The notes beneath the pieces were generated by a model that saw nothing but the letters and a program-made list of their open reading frames with translations, was not told where the DNA came from and did not search any database. 64,000 bases of DNA. Origin: a bacterium (GTDB taxonomy: Bacteria > UBA8248). The stretch spans positions 1,216,001 through 1,280,000 of the forward strand of contig CBDBZY010000064.1 in NCBI GenBank assembly GCA_965213685.1, given 5' to 3'. Shown piece after piece: positions 1 through 12,572 of the stretch. The position numbers were made by a program, and so were the translations under genes. The stretch's first letter is position 1; each line of letters opens with the position of its first letter.

Positions 1-118
1 GATAACCACTGAAAGGTAAAATTGTTCATCTTCATCTTTTTCTTAAGAGACTTTGTCAAACAGCCTATGTCAGAAGTGGCTGAAGTTTTAACTGTGGTTT
101 CCCACCAATCACCTTCAT

Positions 119-153
<35 letters not shown>

Positions 154-685
154 GCCTTTCACTAACAAATCCATGGTATCTTTCCAAATCGTGGTGAACG
201 AACCCTAGTCATTTTCCCATACTTAGTCTATAGAAGACATTTGTGTAATAATGTCACATGGCATAACCTTGAGCACCTGAGTGGTAACATGGAGAACCAC
301 ACCTAGCACCTAAGCCTATGGTTCTCTAGCTGCTTGAACGACTCTCTTGTGGGAATAGCGCCGACACATCCTATTCAAATGAGCTCTTTGTAGAGGCTAG
401 ACACTATGCATAAGGACGTCTATCAGAGAGACGGTATCAGAGAGTCGGTACACTCCTATGAAGTGATCGCACTGACCTGCCGCCCATAGTACGTATACCT
501 AGGTAAGCCTTCTAACCACCCGCCCAGTGTTTTAACCCTTTCTATGCACTTCTTCCAGAGTTTCTATACCTAACGATAGGTCCCACATACGTATATAGCT
601 TCAATGCATGCTTGACCTATGTAAGCACATGTGCATGACCTGCAATCAGCATGTACACTAGTTTTGACAGGTATTACCTGTGACA

Positions 686-1070
686 AAATGAAAAGCACTA
701 AAGTGCAAACCCTCGGCAGTTACATTGCATGCTACAACAGCCTACACAGATGATACAAGCATTGTTGGTGTAAGTCCATTCAACTGGGCTATAGTGTAGT
801 GTCCTGCCTTCTCTTGCATGTGCACGTACGCCTTTGCACATGCTATAGCCTTGTACACGCATGTGCTTACGCGGGACCATTATTGCACTAGCTGTATGGG
901 CGTGAAACAGAGAGTATTGCAACGTGAATAAAATGGCGGACTCGAGCTGGCTTGGTCCCGGGTAAGCTTGTAACGCTTCTAACTTTCTAACAAAGCAGTT
1001 GGACAGACAGAAACACACACACACAGGACAAGTACCGTAACCCTCACTGTGCATGCTCGCCAAGGGTTAA
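686..1070 (-). mobile_element. Helentron-associated non-autonomous element (HINE/DINE-1-like)
   Basis: One end reads TTAACCCT.. hairpin plus (GT/GTCT)n; the other end has sub-TIR gagggtttgcactttagtgcttttcattt with a short GCAC-TTTA-GTGC hairpin. The same family recurs at least 6 times in the window. Confidence 0.7.
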
Positions 1071-1639
1071 CTAGTGTACACAATGATTGCAGGTGGCTGA
1101 TCTTTTGACCAGAGTTAGAAACACCCTTCCAAGAAAAGTCACTTTCTAAGAGTGACAAAAGTCACTTTCCAAGAATGACATTCTCAATTAATGTACTACT
1201 GTACACCTGAAAGCCCTCAAACAAGTATTATAACCATTTAAGTAATGTAAAAGGATGTAGGGATGGCAGTGCCAAAAATCACAGAAACTAAGTGTACTTG
1301 CAGGCAAAGCTGATTATAGAATCGTTACACAGGTAAACCCCATCCCTACAACTTTTTTTTGATGCACAGCCCGTAATATGGGGAAAGAAAGAATGGAAAG
1401 GCAACCCCATCTGGAGCATCGAACTTGGTCCCAGTGACTGGAAGTTCAGTGCACCAAGCACCAAGCCATCACTCTGGACAAAGTTCTTTCTCCCCATGCT
1501 TTCTGATGTGTTCTGAGAGCGTCTGTCAGTGTGAAGACAGAATAGTCAACAACCCTGACAAAACATAAAGGGGGATGGGGAGACAAGCTCTTGTTTGGAG
1601 TAATGGCTTGGTTCATGGTGCATTAGACTTCCAGTCACT

Positions 1640-2760
1640 TTCCATGCCCTTGGTGGTGTTGATGATAAAAACAATGTACCCAATCTTCATTTACATTTTA
1701 TCTTTGTGGAACTCTCTGTTTGCACACAGTCAATAAGCTATTATAGCCTTGTGGAAAGAAAGACAAAGCATGCTATGGCATCTTACTCAAGAACATACTC
1801 ACAGTCAAGATGGCAAATAATGCATCAATGTTTTGGTGATATTGAACCCATTCTGAAAACGGTTAAAGTATGTACAGCTACCCACTCCAAGCTTTAACAT
1901 CTTTCCATAACAGGTTGCACTGCTCAAGTTATCACTTGTAATGGTGATTGCTGTTGCTTCATACTTCGTCAAAGGCACATACAGTACTGGTCAGAGACAA
2001 GGTATAATGCAAACGCGTTCTGCACGCATTCATCTCTGGAGACAAACACGTTTATCTCCGGAGACAAACGCATTCATCTCCGGAGAAAAACATGTTTGTC
2101 TCCGGGGACGAATGCATTTGTCTCCAGAGATGAACACGTTTGTCTCCAGCGAACGTATTTGCCCTCTCTTGTAAACACGTTTGCTCCCTGCTGTAAACGC
2201 ATTTACTCCTTACATGTTAATGCGTTTGCTGGATGTGTTTAGTTTCGTGTACCACCCTTGGTACCCGCCCTTTTTGTGCACGTGCCACTAATTCCCTAAT
2301 GCTTGCTGTGGTGGCAGTTCATTGGATTGTTAGTCTCCTCACTGACTTGCTTGCATGATACTCACTCGGTAGCAGAAAACTCTGAGGTGTCACATACTGC
2401 GTACCATGCAGCGATACAAGTGGCACGTGCGAAAAAAGGGGGCGGGTACTACAGATGTTCAGCAAACGTGTTTACACACGAGGGCAAATGCGTTCATTGC
2501 CGGAGACAAACGTGTTCATCGCTGGAGACAAACGCGCTCTGACCAATACTGTACATGTGTAATCTACGTACGTATAAGGAGATTGTATTCTTGCTCTGAA
2601 GTGCTATGAAGAACTATGTTTGTACTTACAGTTCATGCAGCCACTGCATCAAGGTGCTCTCCCAGTGTTGAAGTAGTGTACAGGTCACTATTCCCAGAAA
2701 ACCAATGAAATCAACAGCAAACATTTGATATGCCATTTCTTCTGCTGCGCTTCAGACAGT
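1640..2760 (+). pseudogene. Degenerate hAT-like (DUF659-type) transposase, split by a MITE
   Basis: Fragmentary motifs LWNSLFAHS, AMASYSRT..SRW, FGDIEP, SYFVKGTY, and after the MITE GDCILALKCYEE. Many stops and frameshifts. Confidence 0.55.
1982..2551. mobile_element. MITE with TA TSD and ~21-bp subterminal repeats
   Basis: TA-CAGTACTGGTCAGAG...CTCTGACCAATACTG-TA; tandem ctccggagacaaacgcattcat-like units inside both ends. Confidence 0.8.
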
Positions 2761-2859
2761 GAGTGTGAATGTACATACATACCTCTCAGTTATAATGGCT
2801 GTATTTCCATGCCCTAGATGGGGTCAGTAACAAAGCTAATGTGCCTGATCTTCACTCTG

Positions 2860-3150
2860 TGGATCTTTTTGTCACACACAGTCAACAAGCCTAAGCTTTC
2901 TAGAAGGAAAGAACATAACGTGCTATGGCAACTTACTTGAAAACATGCATGTACCAGGTGGAAAACAAAGTAATATTGAGCCCTTTCTGAGGGGAAAAAA
3001 ATTTGGTGTGCATAGCTACTCACTTCAAATTTCTCAGTGGTCCGCAACAGGTCACTTTTCTAAGTTAAAACTTGCAGCAGTGGTTGATATTGGCTCATAT
3101 TTTGTCAAAGCCACACAAAATCCCAATAAGTCTAGACTTGGTATATGCAG
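2860..3150 (+). pseudogene. Second fragment of the same hAT-like transposase family
   Basis: NIEPFL and LAAVVDIGSYFVKAT motifs parallel those at 1640-1980. Confidence 0.45.
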
Positions 3151-3314
3151 TGTACACAGGAGAATGCCTCACACAGTATATGTAGTGATTCATCTACAGT
3201 GTTTCACACTAGTAGAGTACAATGGCCACTTTTTCACATTTTGTCACGTACATGTACATGTACATGTACCTCCAAAACCTTACAAGTAGTTGACACAAGT
3301 TACATATCAAAATC

Positions 3315-4288
3315 ATCTCCAAGGTTTGCTGTTTAATTTGATTATGATAATATGCTGTCACATGACAGTCAGCTGCTGTGGTTGGGCTTGAATGATGGAC
3401 AGTTAGCGTTAAGATTGAAATTTCTGTAAACATGGGAGTTAAGGTCTGAAACTGCAGCAGATGAATCATCATGGAAGGGAGCATACGTAAGTACCGCTTA
3501 TTAACTGCCACCCATTTCAACAGCATGAGCCAAAATAGCAGTTTTTAAGGAGCTCTAGTGTTAGCATCAGGAAATGCGCAGGATTGGGAGTTTAGCTCCG
3601 ATACTTTAGTATTCAATTGTAAATTCGTTGTACTTTAGGTTTTCACTTACCTCACAAAGTGTCTCCAAACCATCATGATGCTAACGAGCCTTTTTCTCAA
3701 AAATGGTGCATTTCAGCGGCCATTTTGGAAAGTATGACGTTTACTTTTGTTCCACATGGAATTTTTATCACATCATACATAACACGCGCACAAACAAAAA
3801 CGAACAAAAACGGTGATTATGTAATACGATATCATCATTCATGGTGTCCATGCCTTGCAGTCAAATTGTACACTACAATGCAAATGCGTGAAAAATGTCC
3901 GCCAAAAAATGCTCTGTCTTCGGGAAAAGGCTTGCTAGCGTCGTGACTGTTTGGAGACACTTCACAAGGTAAGTATAAAACCTAAACTACGGTGAATTTA
4001 CAATTGACTAGCGAAGTATCGGAGCTTAACTTCCAATCCTACATTTCCCGATGCTAACGTTAGAGCCCCTTAAGAACCGCTATTTTGTCTCATGCTGTCG
4101 AAACGGGTAGTAGTTATGAAGCGGTACTTAGCTCAAAGTCGCTCCCTTCAGTGATGATTTATCTGCTGCAGTTTCAGACCTTAACTCCCTTGGTTACCAA
4201 ACCATCCATCACTAAAGCCCTATCACAGCAGCTGACTGTCACGTGACAGCATATTATCATAATCAAATTAAACCACAAACCTTGAGAT
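3315..4288. mobile_element. Long-TIR (foldback/Mutator-like) non-autonomous element
   Basis: About 3315-3700 is the diverged reverse complement of about 3925-4288 (e.g. ttgattatgataatatgctgtcac / gtgacagcatattatcataatcaa). Confidence 0.8.
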
Positions 4289-4290
4289 CA

Positions 4291-5766
4291 TTAACCCCCG
4301 GCACACATGCGCCAGAGGGTTACTGCAGTTCTCCTGTGTGTGTGTGTGTGTGTGTGTGCGTCTGTCCGCGGGAGCTAGTCTGTGGACTGGCGCTAGTAAA
4401 CATCTAACCAAAGGCACTAGTGGCTTGAGCAGCACATTTTCACAAAATACAAAGCGTTTTCTCTAGAACTGTTTCATTACAAAGTTAGAAGCGTATAATT
4501 ATGTACGTACTTACCCGGACCAAGCCAGCTTGCACCTCTCCATTTCATGTCCATAAAGCTAGTGCGATATTGGTCCCACGTAAGCGCACGAGTATATGAG
4601 GCTACAGTAATGTGTCTGCTCTGACTTAAGTACCAAAGTGCTCAGTCCACATGGCTCTGTGGCATGCACGGAAGTATATGAAACATACATAATATTATGC
4701 ACACTAAAGTGTGACAGACATATAACATACATATGTATATGTTACAACTTGATTCACAACCTTTGACCTGTTTCGAAGCCAGTCAACCGGTTATTTCTGA
4801 CCTGCTTCAAAGCCGGTTGCCAATTACACACAGGCGCACATGCTGTGAACAGAGGCGTGCGCACCCACTTTTATGTGTACATAATTAGTAATCAAGCTCG
4901 TGCATTGTGCACACATGGTTTTCAAGGCTACTGCATTACTGCACTGGATTGCAACTGCTAAGCAGACTTCGAATCCATGCATTAGGCAGTGCTGTATCGC
5001 AACGTAATCCTCAACAACAGTGCCGTTAAGCGCATTGTTATTATTACCGTACCATTACTAATACAGCCTGCAGCGTATACACAGCCTCTACATGTCACAG
5101 AGTATCGTTGAGTAACCCAAATCGCATCTGCTCGCTTCTACTTGCAATGTACAACACTCACCAGCCGCGGTTGTGAATCGGGTCAGGAAGCGCTTAACTG
5201 TCAATTGACCGGCTTTGAAGCCGGCCCATGGGCTACTTCTGGTTGCAAAGCCAGTCAACCAGTTTTGAAGCAGGTTGACCCGCTTCAAAGCTGGTTGACC
5301 GGCTTCAGAGTGGGTCAAGTTGCGAATCAGGTCGTAACACATATACATATAATTATGCAAACACAGGCCAACAATGCTGCAGAATTAGATGCCTCGCACT
5401 AAGCCACTTGGCAATAATATGTAGAATCTAAAAGGCGTTTTCTCAAAAACTGCTTTGTTAGAAAGTTAGAAGCATTATAAACTTACCGGGACCAAGCCAG
5501 CTTGAGTCCGCCATTTGCAATGTATTGTATACCTCTCCGTTTCACATCCTTAAAGCTAGTGCGATAATGGTCCCACGTAAGCGCATGTGTGTACAAGGCT
5601 ATAGTACGTATATAAACACATGTATGTGCAACATGCAAGACAAGGCGAACACTAGACTATAGCCCAATTGAGTGAACTTAAACCAACAACACTTGCATCT
5701 TTTGTGCAGGCTGTTGTAACATGCAGTGCAACTGCGCCAAAGGTTTGCACTTTAGTGTATTTCATT
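4291..5766 (+). mobile_element. HINE fragments interrupted by a MITE (4741-5338)
   Basis: TTAACCCCCGG...AGGGTTAC+(GT)n at 4291; 3' end gtttgcactttagtg at about 5743. MITE TIRs gttacaacttgattcacaac / gttgcgaatcaggtcgtaac. Confidence 0.6.
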
Positions 5767-7265
5767 GACTATATATTTCATCTCTTGTGTACAACCAGGC
5801 AGTTAGTATTTCTGTCACAGATATGTAGATGATTCCATCAACCCATTCGGGACTTCTTTACTGCTTTCAACCTACGTACGTATAAATAGTCCAGGTATTG
5901 TGACTGTATTTGCTCAAATATACATTGCCCATGAATAAACACCACACAATCGTCAGTGCGAAGCTAAATACGTATATGCCACCCTCAAGAATACACTCTG
6001 GCTACTACTGCAAGTCCAGCACATGAGAAAAACTTTGCATCATAACTAACTACTCAGATGTTTTTTGTCTAACAGTCATCTAAGACAGTTACCTTCTTGC
6101 CTAACTTGGTCCCCATTTTCTCCGGACCTACGTACAAATACACCTTCCTAGCCACCATTGATAACCTCAGAAAGAAGGCTGGCTGCTCTCTGCTCTTGAG
6201 TCTTAGTGCAGTTACTCTTCCCTTATCCACCTAATAGAAGAGTTCCTTCATACATGGTTATATCAGCTGGACCTGACCCTTTAGTTGATGTCTTAGAGTG
6301 GTGAAAATGCAACAGTCGCAAGCTTTTCAATTTGTCATCAACTGCTCAAAAGTATCTTTCGTACAACTGGCAGTAGAATGTGTTTCTCCATTCTCAACAG
6401 GATTTTTGTCATCAATGAAACTTACTTGAAGATTACCACTTGAACATTACTGTAGAATCATGTGTTATGATGCAGTGCAATAACAAGTGTTTTTTAAGGA
6501 TGATATTGTATTTGTTCATAAAAGTTAATTCACCTACCTAATTATAAATATGCTATTTCAGGCTCTTTTAGAGAAATAGAAAATGGACAATTCAATAAAT
6601 GTACCCATCCCTAAAGAGGCATAAGTGAATAGAAAATTTCTGATTCCAATGGAATCACCTTCAAAGTTTCATATATATGTACGTACGTACCTCATACATA
6701 CGTTTCAGATGTTTCACATGTGTATCTTGTCAAGCTTGTGAAAACCTGTTGGTCTACTCCTTTGGGCTTTGGAACCAAGGTTGTACCTGAATGCATTCGG
6801 TGCTTTTATGTACTCTCTTCATGTGCAAAGCATGTTTGTAGTTATGGCACTCACACCAAGATGAAAGTCAATCTGGCAGCTCAGGTTCCATATGTGTAAA
6901 CTTTTACTTGCTTCTCAACTAAGTATCCTCTTCCTTCTCAAACTCTGGGATACAGAATTCAATTTGGTAGGACTCATGGTTCCAAGCTACATGATTATTG
7001 GCAGCATATGTACATATGCACATGCATATGCACATGCATATGTACATGGACGTGTACTACGTATGTACACATGTATGTATGTCCACACAGCACCACCAAA
7101 CTATGCATACCTTAAGAGTTTACTTACGTCTGTCAAAGAAAGTGGTGCACACCTAGCATACATGCAAGTGTACATGTGAATTTTGTAACAAAACAAAGTG
7201 TGTAATTCTCTCTCATGCTAAAACCACAATACATTACATGTTCACATACATATGTGTCTATATAT

Positions 7266-8370
7266 GGTACCCACCAGTGGCAACTTAACAAACGCACACA
7301 TGAAAACTCCTATTTGGAGCACACTACATCATCCTAAAGGGACTACACGGGGCTAACAAAGGACTGCAGAGGACTAACATAACAGCTTAAAAATAGACAC
7401 CGCGATTGAAATGTCCACAAAAGTAGGATAAAAAGTTCAAAGAAAGTTAAAACCGCCATAGAAATGTTAGGGTAAAAAGTTCCCAAAAGTTAAAACCGTG
7501 GTAGAAAAGTGGAATAAAAAGTTCACCATATAAATATTAAAGAAATATATAGGCACTGAAAGCCCTGCCTTGAGAACAGGGAATGGTGGGTTTAAGATCT
7601 TTTTTGGCTAGCCAACTCTCCCCACTCTTCCAGTGCCCATATATACATGTACACACACAAACATACACGAAAACAAGCCTAAGCAACATACTTACATTGA
7701 AGAGTCCTTGGGAGACAGCACTAGCTTAGCAGAAATGGAAACAGGGCTAGGGTTACGGCACTTAGTAATGGCATGCCACCCAGACATGGACAATGCCCTC
7801 ATTCAACTTATTGTTGAACAAGGCATGTCCATAATTCCTGATGACCGCCTTTTTGTGATGTCAAAAAGGTTGTCAAGTGCCTCATGGTTGGTTGTCAAGT
7901 GCCTCATGGTACACACAGGTAAACAAATACCTTCAGCAATGTGTTGCCTTAGGCTGGTTTTGAACTTACTGAAAATCTCTTTGTGCTTTTTGGAGAATTT
8001 CTTAAAGGCTAAACACAGCTTACATGTCACACATTTTGCACGCGTGTCACGCGAGTAGTTCCATGTATCACATGCACTCTACACGCATGTGTGCATGTAG
8101 CACATTCATATGAAGCTCTACCAATAGCCATGGAAATACTTAAGATCGAGCTTGAGCAAATCTTGGCAGTGATGGCATCCAACTTCTAGTAGGTTATGTG
8201 ACAAGTTATACGCACAACTCAATAATCCCACACCTGCTAGACTACATGCATGTAGTACACGTGCCACACCTACATCACACATGCGTCACGTATTTCACAC
8301 GTGTATTACACGCATTTTGCACACGTGTTGCATGCGTGTGTTTGTGAAGTTGCCACTGGTGGGTACTGTA
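7266..8370. mobile_element. MITE, TIR (CA)GTACCCACCAGyGGCAACTT family
   Basis: gtacccaccagtggcaactt ... aagttgccactggtgggtactgta. Internal 8030-8200 matches 41940-42110 in reverse. Confidence 0.7.
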
Positions 8371-8529
8371 CGTGCAATGTATTACTGTTGACACACATTT
8401 CACATGTGTGCTACTTGCATATCGCACACGTGTTGCATGTGTGTGTTTAAGTTGCCTCTAGGAGGGTACTGTACGTGCAATGTATTAATGTTGACAGGGT
8501 ATCACTGAGATGATTGCATTTTGCTACAG

Positions 8530-8732
8530 CTGGAACTTTGGAAAATTTGTATGGTCTCTTTGAGAGCATGCAGAAGGATATCCAACACATGCAGAAGGAA
8601 ATGCAGCGAGTGGATAGAGAAATGCAACATCTAATTCAAAAAGCCAGTGTGCCAGATTCTCAAAATGATCTGGAACAGCCAGCAGAAGCAATTCAGAATA
8701 GAAGATACCTTGCATCTCTGGATGTTGAACAG
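8530..8732 (+). CDS. Internal exon of coiled-coil + C-terminal SAM-domain protein (exon n-2)
   Basis: ctacag| acceptor and CAG|gtaata donor. Encodes a coiled coil (MQKDIQHMQKEMQRVDREMQHL) and the SAM start NRRYLASLDVEQ; phase 0 joins the next exon. Confidence 0.8.
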
Positions 8733-9129
8733 GTAATATACTCCTTTTGCTGGATGTGGTGTTGGGTGATTCTGCCGTGTGTAGTGAGCCTGCCTTGTCA
8801 AGTTTATTATGTGTGGAGTGTCATTAGTGCCAAAATGATGCTCAAATTATAGCATTTTTTGAGATTTTTATTTTTAAGATGGCACACTCTAGGAAGTGGT
8901 TTTGATAAATTGGTGGTCTGCATCATGCAGAGCAGTACCAGACAGCATGGATTTTCCCAGTGGTCAGTATTGTGGAGTAATTGTGGTGGACTTGCTTGTC
9001 CCCAGCTGCACACTACGGCATCCCCATACTTAATGGGTGTTGTTTTGGAGGTATTGTTAGTTTCTGTTAGTTTTTGCCTGTGTCATTAATTGATTTCAAC
9101 CACCTTTGGCAAAATACTAAGTTGGTAGT

Positions 9130-10724
9130 CAATTACTACCTATTTCTGGGGTATTCAGACTGAACCAGCTCTAGTGGATGGGCTTGGAGTTGGAAGGCTC
9201 TTGTGTGGTGAATGAAGGGAGCAAATCTCTTCGATAGCCAATCATTATGCCATCACATACGATGACTTCTGGGTTAACTCCACAGAGTGGGCACTGGAAT
9301 GATTGTTCAATTTTGATGTCCAGAAGACGAGCGAACCCATTCCAAGCTTTGCGAAGGAGATGGAGTGGAGTTGGTGGAGTAGTGCTGGATATCTGGTGGT
9401 ACCGAGAGCAGGCTCGCTGACAAGAAACAATAGGGTATTTTTCTTCCAGCATGTTGTGCATGTACCCAAACAGAAAACCATAAAAGAATTAATGGTGATT
9501 GTCGAGATTGAAGAGTAGAAGCTCTTGACCATCGAAATGCTGCTTGCATCCACAGCTACCCTCAGCGGGACAATATCCTGTCTGGATCCTGAATTGTTAC
9601 TGAAGCCTTGTGGATCACCACGTTATGGCTAATCACCCATCCTTCTGCGACTGGATCTCCTGATTTCCACCTGCTTCCATGAGAAACCCTTCTGATGTTT
9701 TGGAACCAGTTCAGTTGGAAACTGCCACGATCCACACTCATGGTCATTGTGTTGTTGCTTTATGGTCATAGGAAGGGGGTATGGAATTTTCTTCATGGAG
9801 ATGTTGCAAAACTCAGCTGGCACTTCAGGAACATGCTCGTGTTCAATGTCAATATCATTGTCCTTGCACCACTCCACATAGGACTCCAAGTGTTGACAGT
9901 GATGTCTAGAGCTGCAAGTCAAACAGTGGACTTTGTACTTTGATGCATGTGGGGATGGTTGGAGAAGGCCAAATGACTGCCCATCATGAACAGCAACTAG
10001 TAGAGGGTCAACCGAGAGCTGGTGGACCTTGATAGCATCATCTTCAGCAACAAGATCTAATGATTAGAAAATATAGAAAGTTACAACAGGTAATCAATAT
10101 AGGAAAGTATGCATCTATCTTACCTGGCTCAAAGGATGGAAACATAAGCTTCTTTACACACTTGTGCATGAGTGTAGTAATGAGATTGCTCCCTCCTGAT
10201 GAAATCTTGTAGGTTTTCAACAAATGTGTTGGTAGCACTCAGACGACCTTTCTGTGAAGAAGCTTGTGAGCATGTGCAGGTATACAACACATCGGAGTGA
10301 TCTTCACTAAAGAAGCAGAGCTTTTGAAGCAAACAGTATCCACACTTAAGCTGTCCATCAGGACCAGCATCTGCCATAGCATAATTGGCATCATCAAGTG
10401 TGAAGTAGCACTTGGTGGCCTCTAGATTTCCTGCATACACCACATCAGGTGGAAGTGTGGCTACTCTTTCACACTGGGGCTTAGTGGGCTGTTCTCGAAC
10501 TTTCTGTATATTGACAGTACAAAAACTGGCTATCTCGAATGCACATGTTGAAATTATCATACCTGTTGTCACCTCTTAGCGCTAAGAGTGGCTGCATTTT
10601 GTGGAGCTTGGGTAGGTCTAACTCGCAGTCCCCTCCCCATCTTCGCTGCAAGGTGTGAGAATGGACACACATACTTCAATGGTCTCACCCACTTTCGGGC
10701 GGGTGCACACGGGGGACTGGGCAT
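9130..10724 (-). pseudogene. Frameshifted CxC4-like cysteine-cluster gene of a KDZ (Kyakuja-Dileera-Zisupton)-type transposon; catalytic part missing
   Basis: SWIM-like CxC..H motifs, then CKQHFDGQELLLFNLDNHH, LRKAWNGFARLL and FQCPLCGVNPEVIVCDG. Probable small intron near 10060-10122. Confidence 0.6.
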
Positions 10725-10834
10725 GTGCACGCATGCTTCAATTATACGTACGTATGCGTACGTAAAACGACACTGGTACAATCGAGGTGTGAGAGGGAGT
10801 TTGTAGTTTGGTGTTACACACGAGTCACAGCAAA

Positions 10835-11420
10835 ATGGCAACTGTTTGAAAGAAGGACACAACTGCTAGGGACGTAAGAAAGAAATCGATCAAGTAAAGA
10901 AGTATGTCGACCAACTTCGTGATTTAGGAGTGGAGAGCTGCTTCTGCTACACCTCCACAAAAACTGGTGTAATTTTTGCGCACGGAAACCCAAGACTCCA
11001 CGATGTCTTCCCGGCCCAAGCAGCTAATATCACTGGACACATGGATTTTCTCGAAACTGGTGGCAGAGACAAAGAGAACTACATCTTACCACGGTTGCCA
11101 GTGCCTGTGAAAGAAATGAACGGGCCTATGTTGAAAACTGTGGTTATCAATCTAGGGAAGGACCTTGGTGTGTCATTCAAGGACACACAACCTACGTGGT
11201 GGCCAGAGCAGGTGCCCTTCTGCAACCCATGGAAAGGGAGAGACAACTTCGGTAGGTTTTAGATAGAGTGACGTTCATGCCGCTTTTATACTGTAAATCA
11301 TGTTTCTACCTCTCACACATGTGTTTACAGGAGTCTAGGTTGAGGGTCTATGGATGGTTATAATGCAGCTATATGATATGAGTCGCATGGCCTCGATGCC
11401 AATGGGTTTGTAGAGAAGAA
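10835..11420 (+). pseudogene. NRF1/EWG-like DNA-binding-domain gene, 2 exons, inactivated
   Basis: LPRLPVPVKEMN..PTWWPEQVPFCN, GT-AG intron 11252-11330, then GV*VEGLWMVIMQLY. Aligns by eye to NRF1 PVSVDKMT..PIWWPEDIPWAN..VSWTQALRTIVKNCY. Confidence 0.6.
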
Positions 11421-12572
11421 TGACATCATTGAGTCTAGATGATAAACTACATCATGGGCAACTCCCTGTTTACAAAGCAGACCTTACCTTGTACATTTTC
11501 TTGATTACTCTCCACACCTTTCCCCTTACTCCCATTCCCCATACTGTGAAAAAATAGTAAGAGACGTAAACCCCACGATAGTTGAGAGATTTGACAAGTG
11601 AAAATGTTTTCATACTTGTTTGTGTGGCTTTTTGTTGAACCACAGTATCATACAGGAGGTTGTCGTTCTCTAACTTAAACACGAACACCTTTAGTATGCA
11701 TGTACGTATGATAGTGCGTTTGTGAAAGAGGGGCTGAGCCCCTCAAAACTTAGACTTTAGCTTCTCTGTACAGCAAGAACTCATAGATGAGCTTTTGGGA
11801 TGTATGAGATATATGCTATATCAGAGAGTCAGTAGACTCTTTATGTAGGGATGGCACTGGCCAGCCCATACTGTGCGTACATTGAAAAACCGTCTTAAAT
11901 CGCGAACAGTCGTGTTCTACGCCTTTCTGGACACCTAGCTCTCCTATTTCAATGTTTCTCTAGAGACCCAATGATACCCCTCAAGTAGCTAAAGTGCATC
12001 CCTAGACTTACTGCCAGGAAATGGGTAAACTGGTGATTTGTTTTTCTTTCTTCTTCTTAAGAGATTTCTTTCAAATGACTTTTCTCAAAACTAGCAGAAG
12101 TAGTCACCGTAGTTCTTTACAGAACAACTGTAATCACTACCACATATGATCTGCCTTAACAGCGTCTTAGCATCTTCTCAAACACGTATGCAGAAAGTAG
12201 AAGCACTGGACAACATGCCCATATTTGGAAGCCATTTTGGAATAATTGTTGCATGACACAAGTTGCAAGCACATGAGGGCTGGTGGCGTCACACTTGCAT
12301 GGTGCAATTGCGCAAAGCCACGCCCTAGTAATATCTCCCAAATGAAAGCTACATACTACTATAGTTGAGTGGCCTGTGTTTCAGCAGTATCTTACTTCAA
12401 TGTTGTTTCACAGTCGGTAGACTGTTCGTGTAGGGATGGCGCTGATGCACTAATTGTGTGTGTAGTCTACACACAAAAGCGTTCTTAACTAGTGGAGGCT
12501 TGTGTTCTCTTCAAGCCCCTCTGAGCACCAAACAGCATAATTCCACTGAGCATCTTTCTACTAAACCATTAA

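Noticed and set aside
7633-8058. 141-aa ORF inside a MITE
   Set aside because: No recognisable domain; possibly a retroelement scrap, but unsupported.
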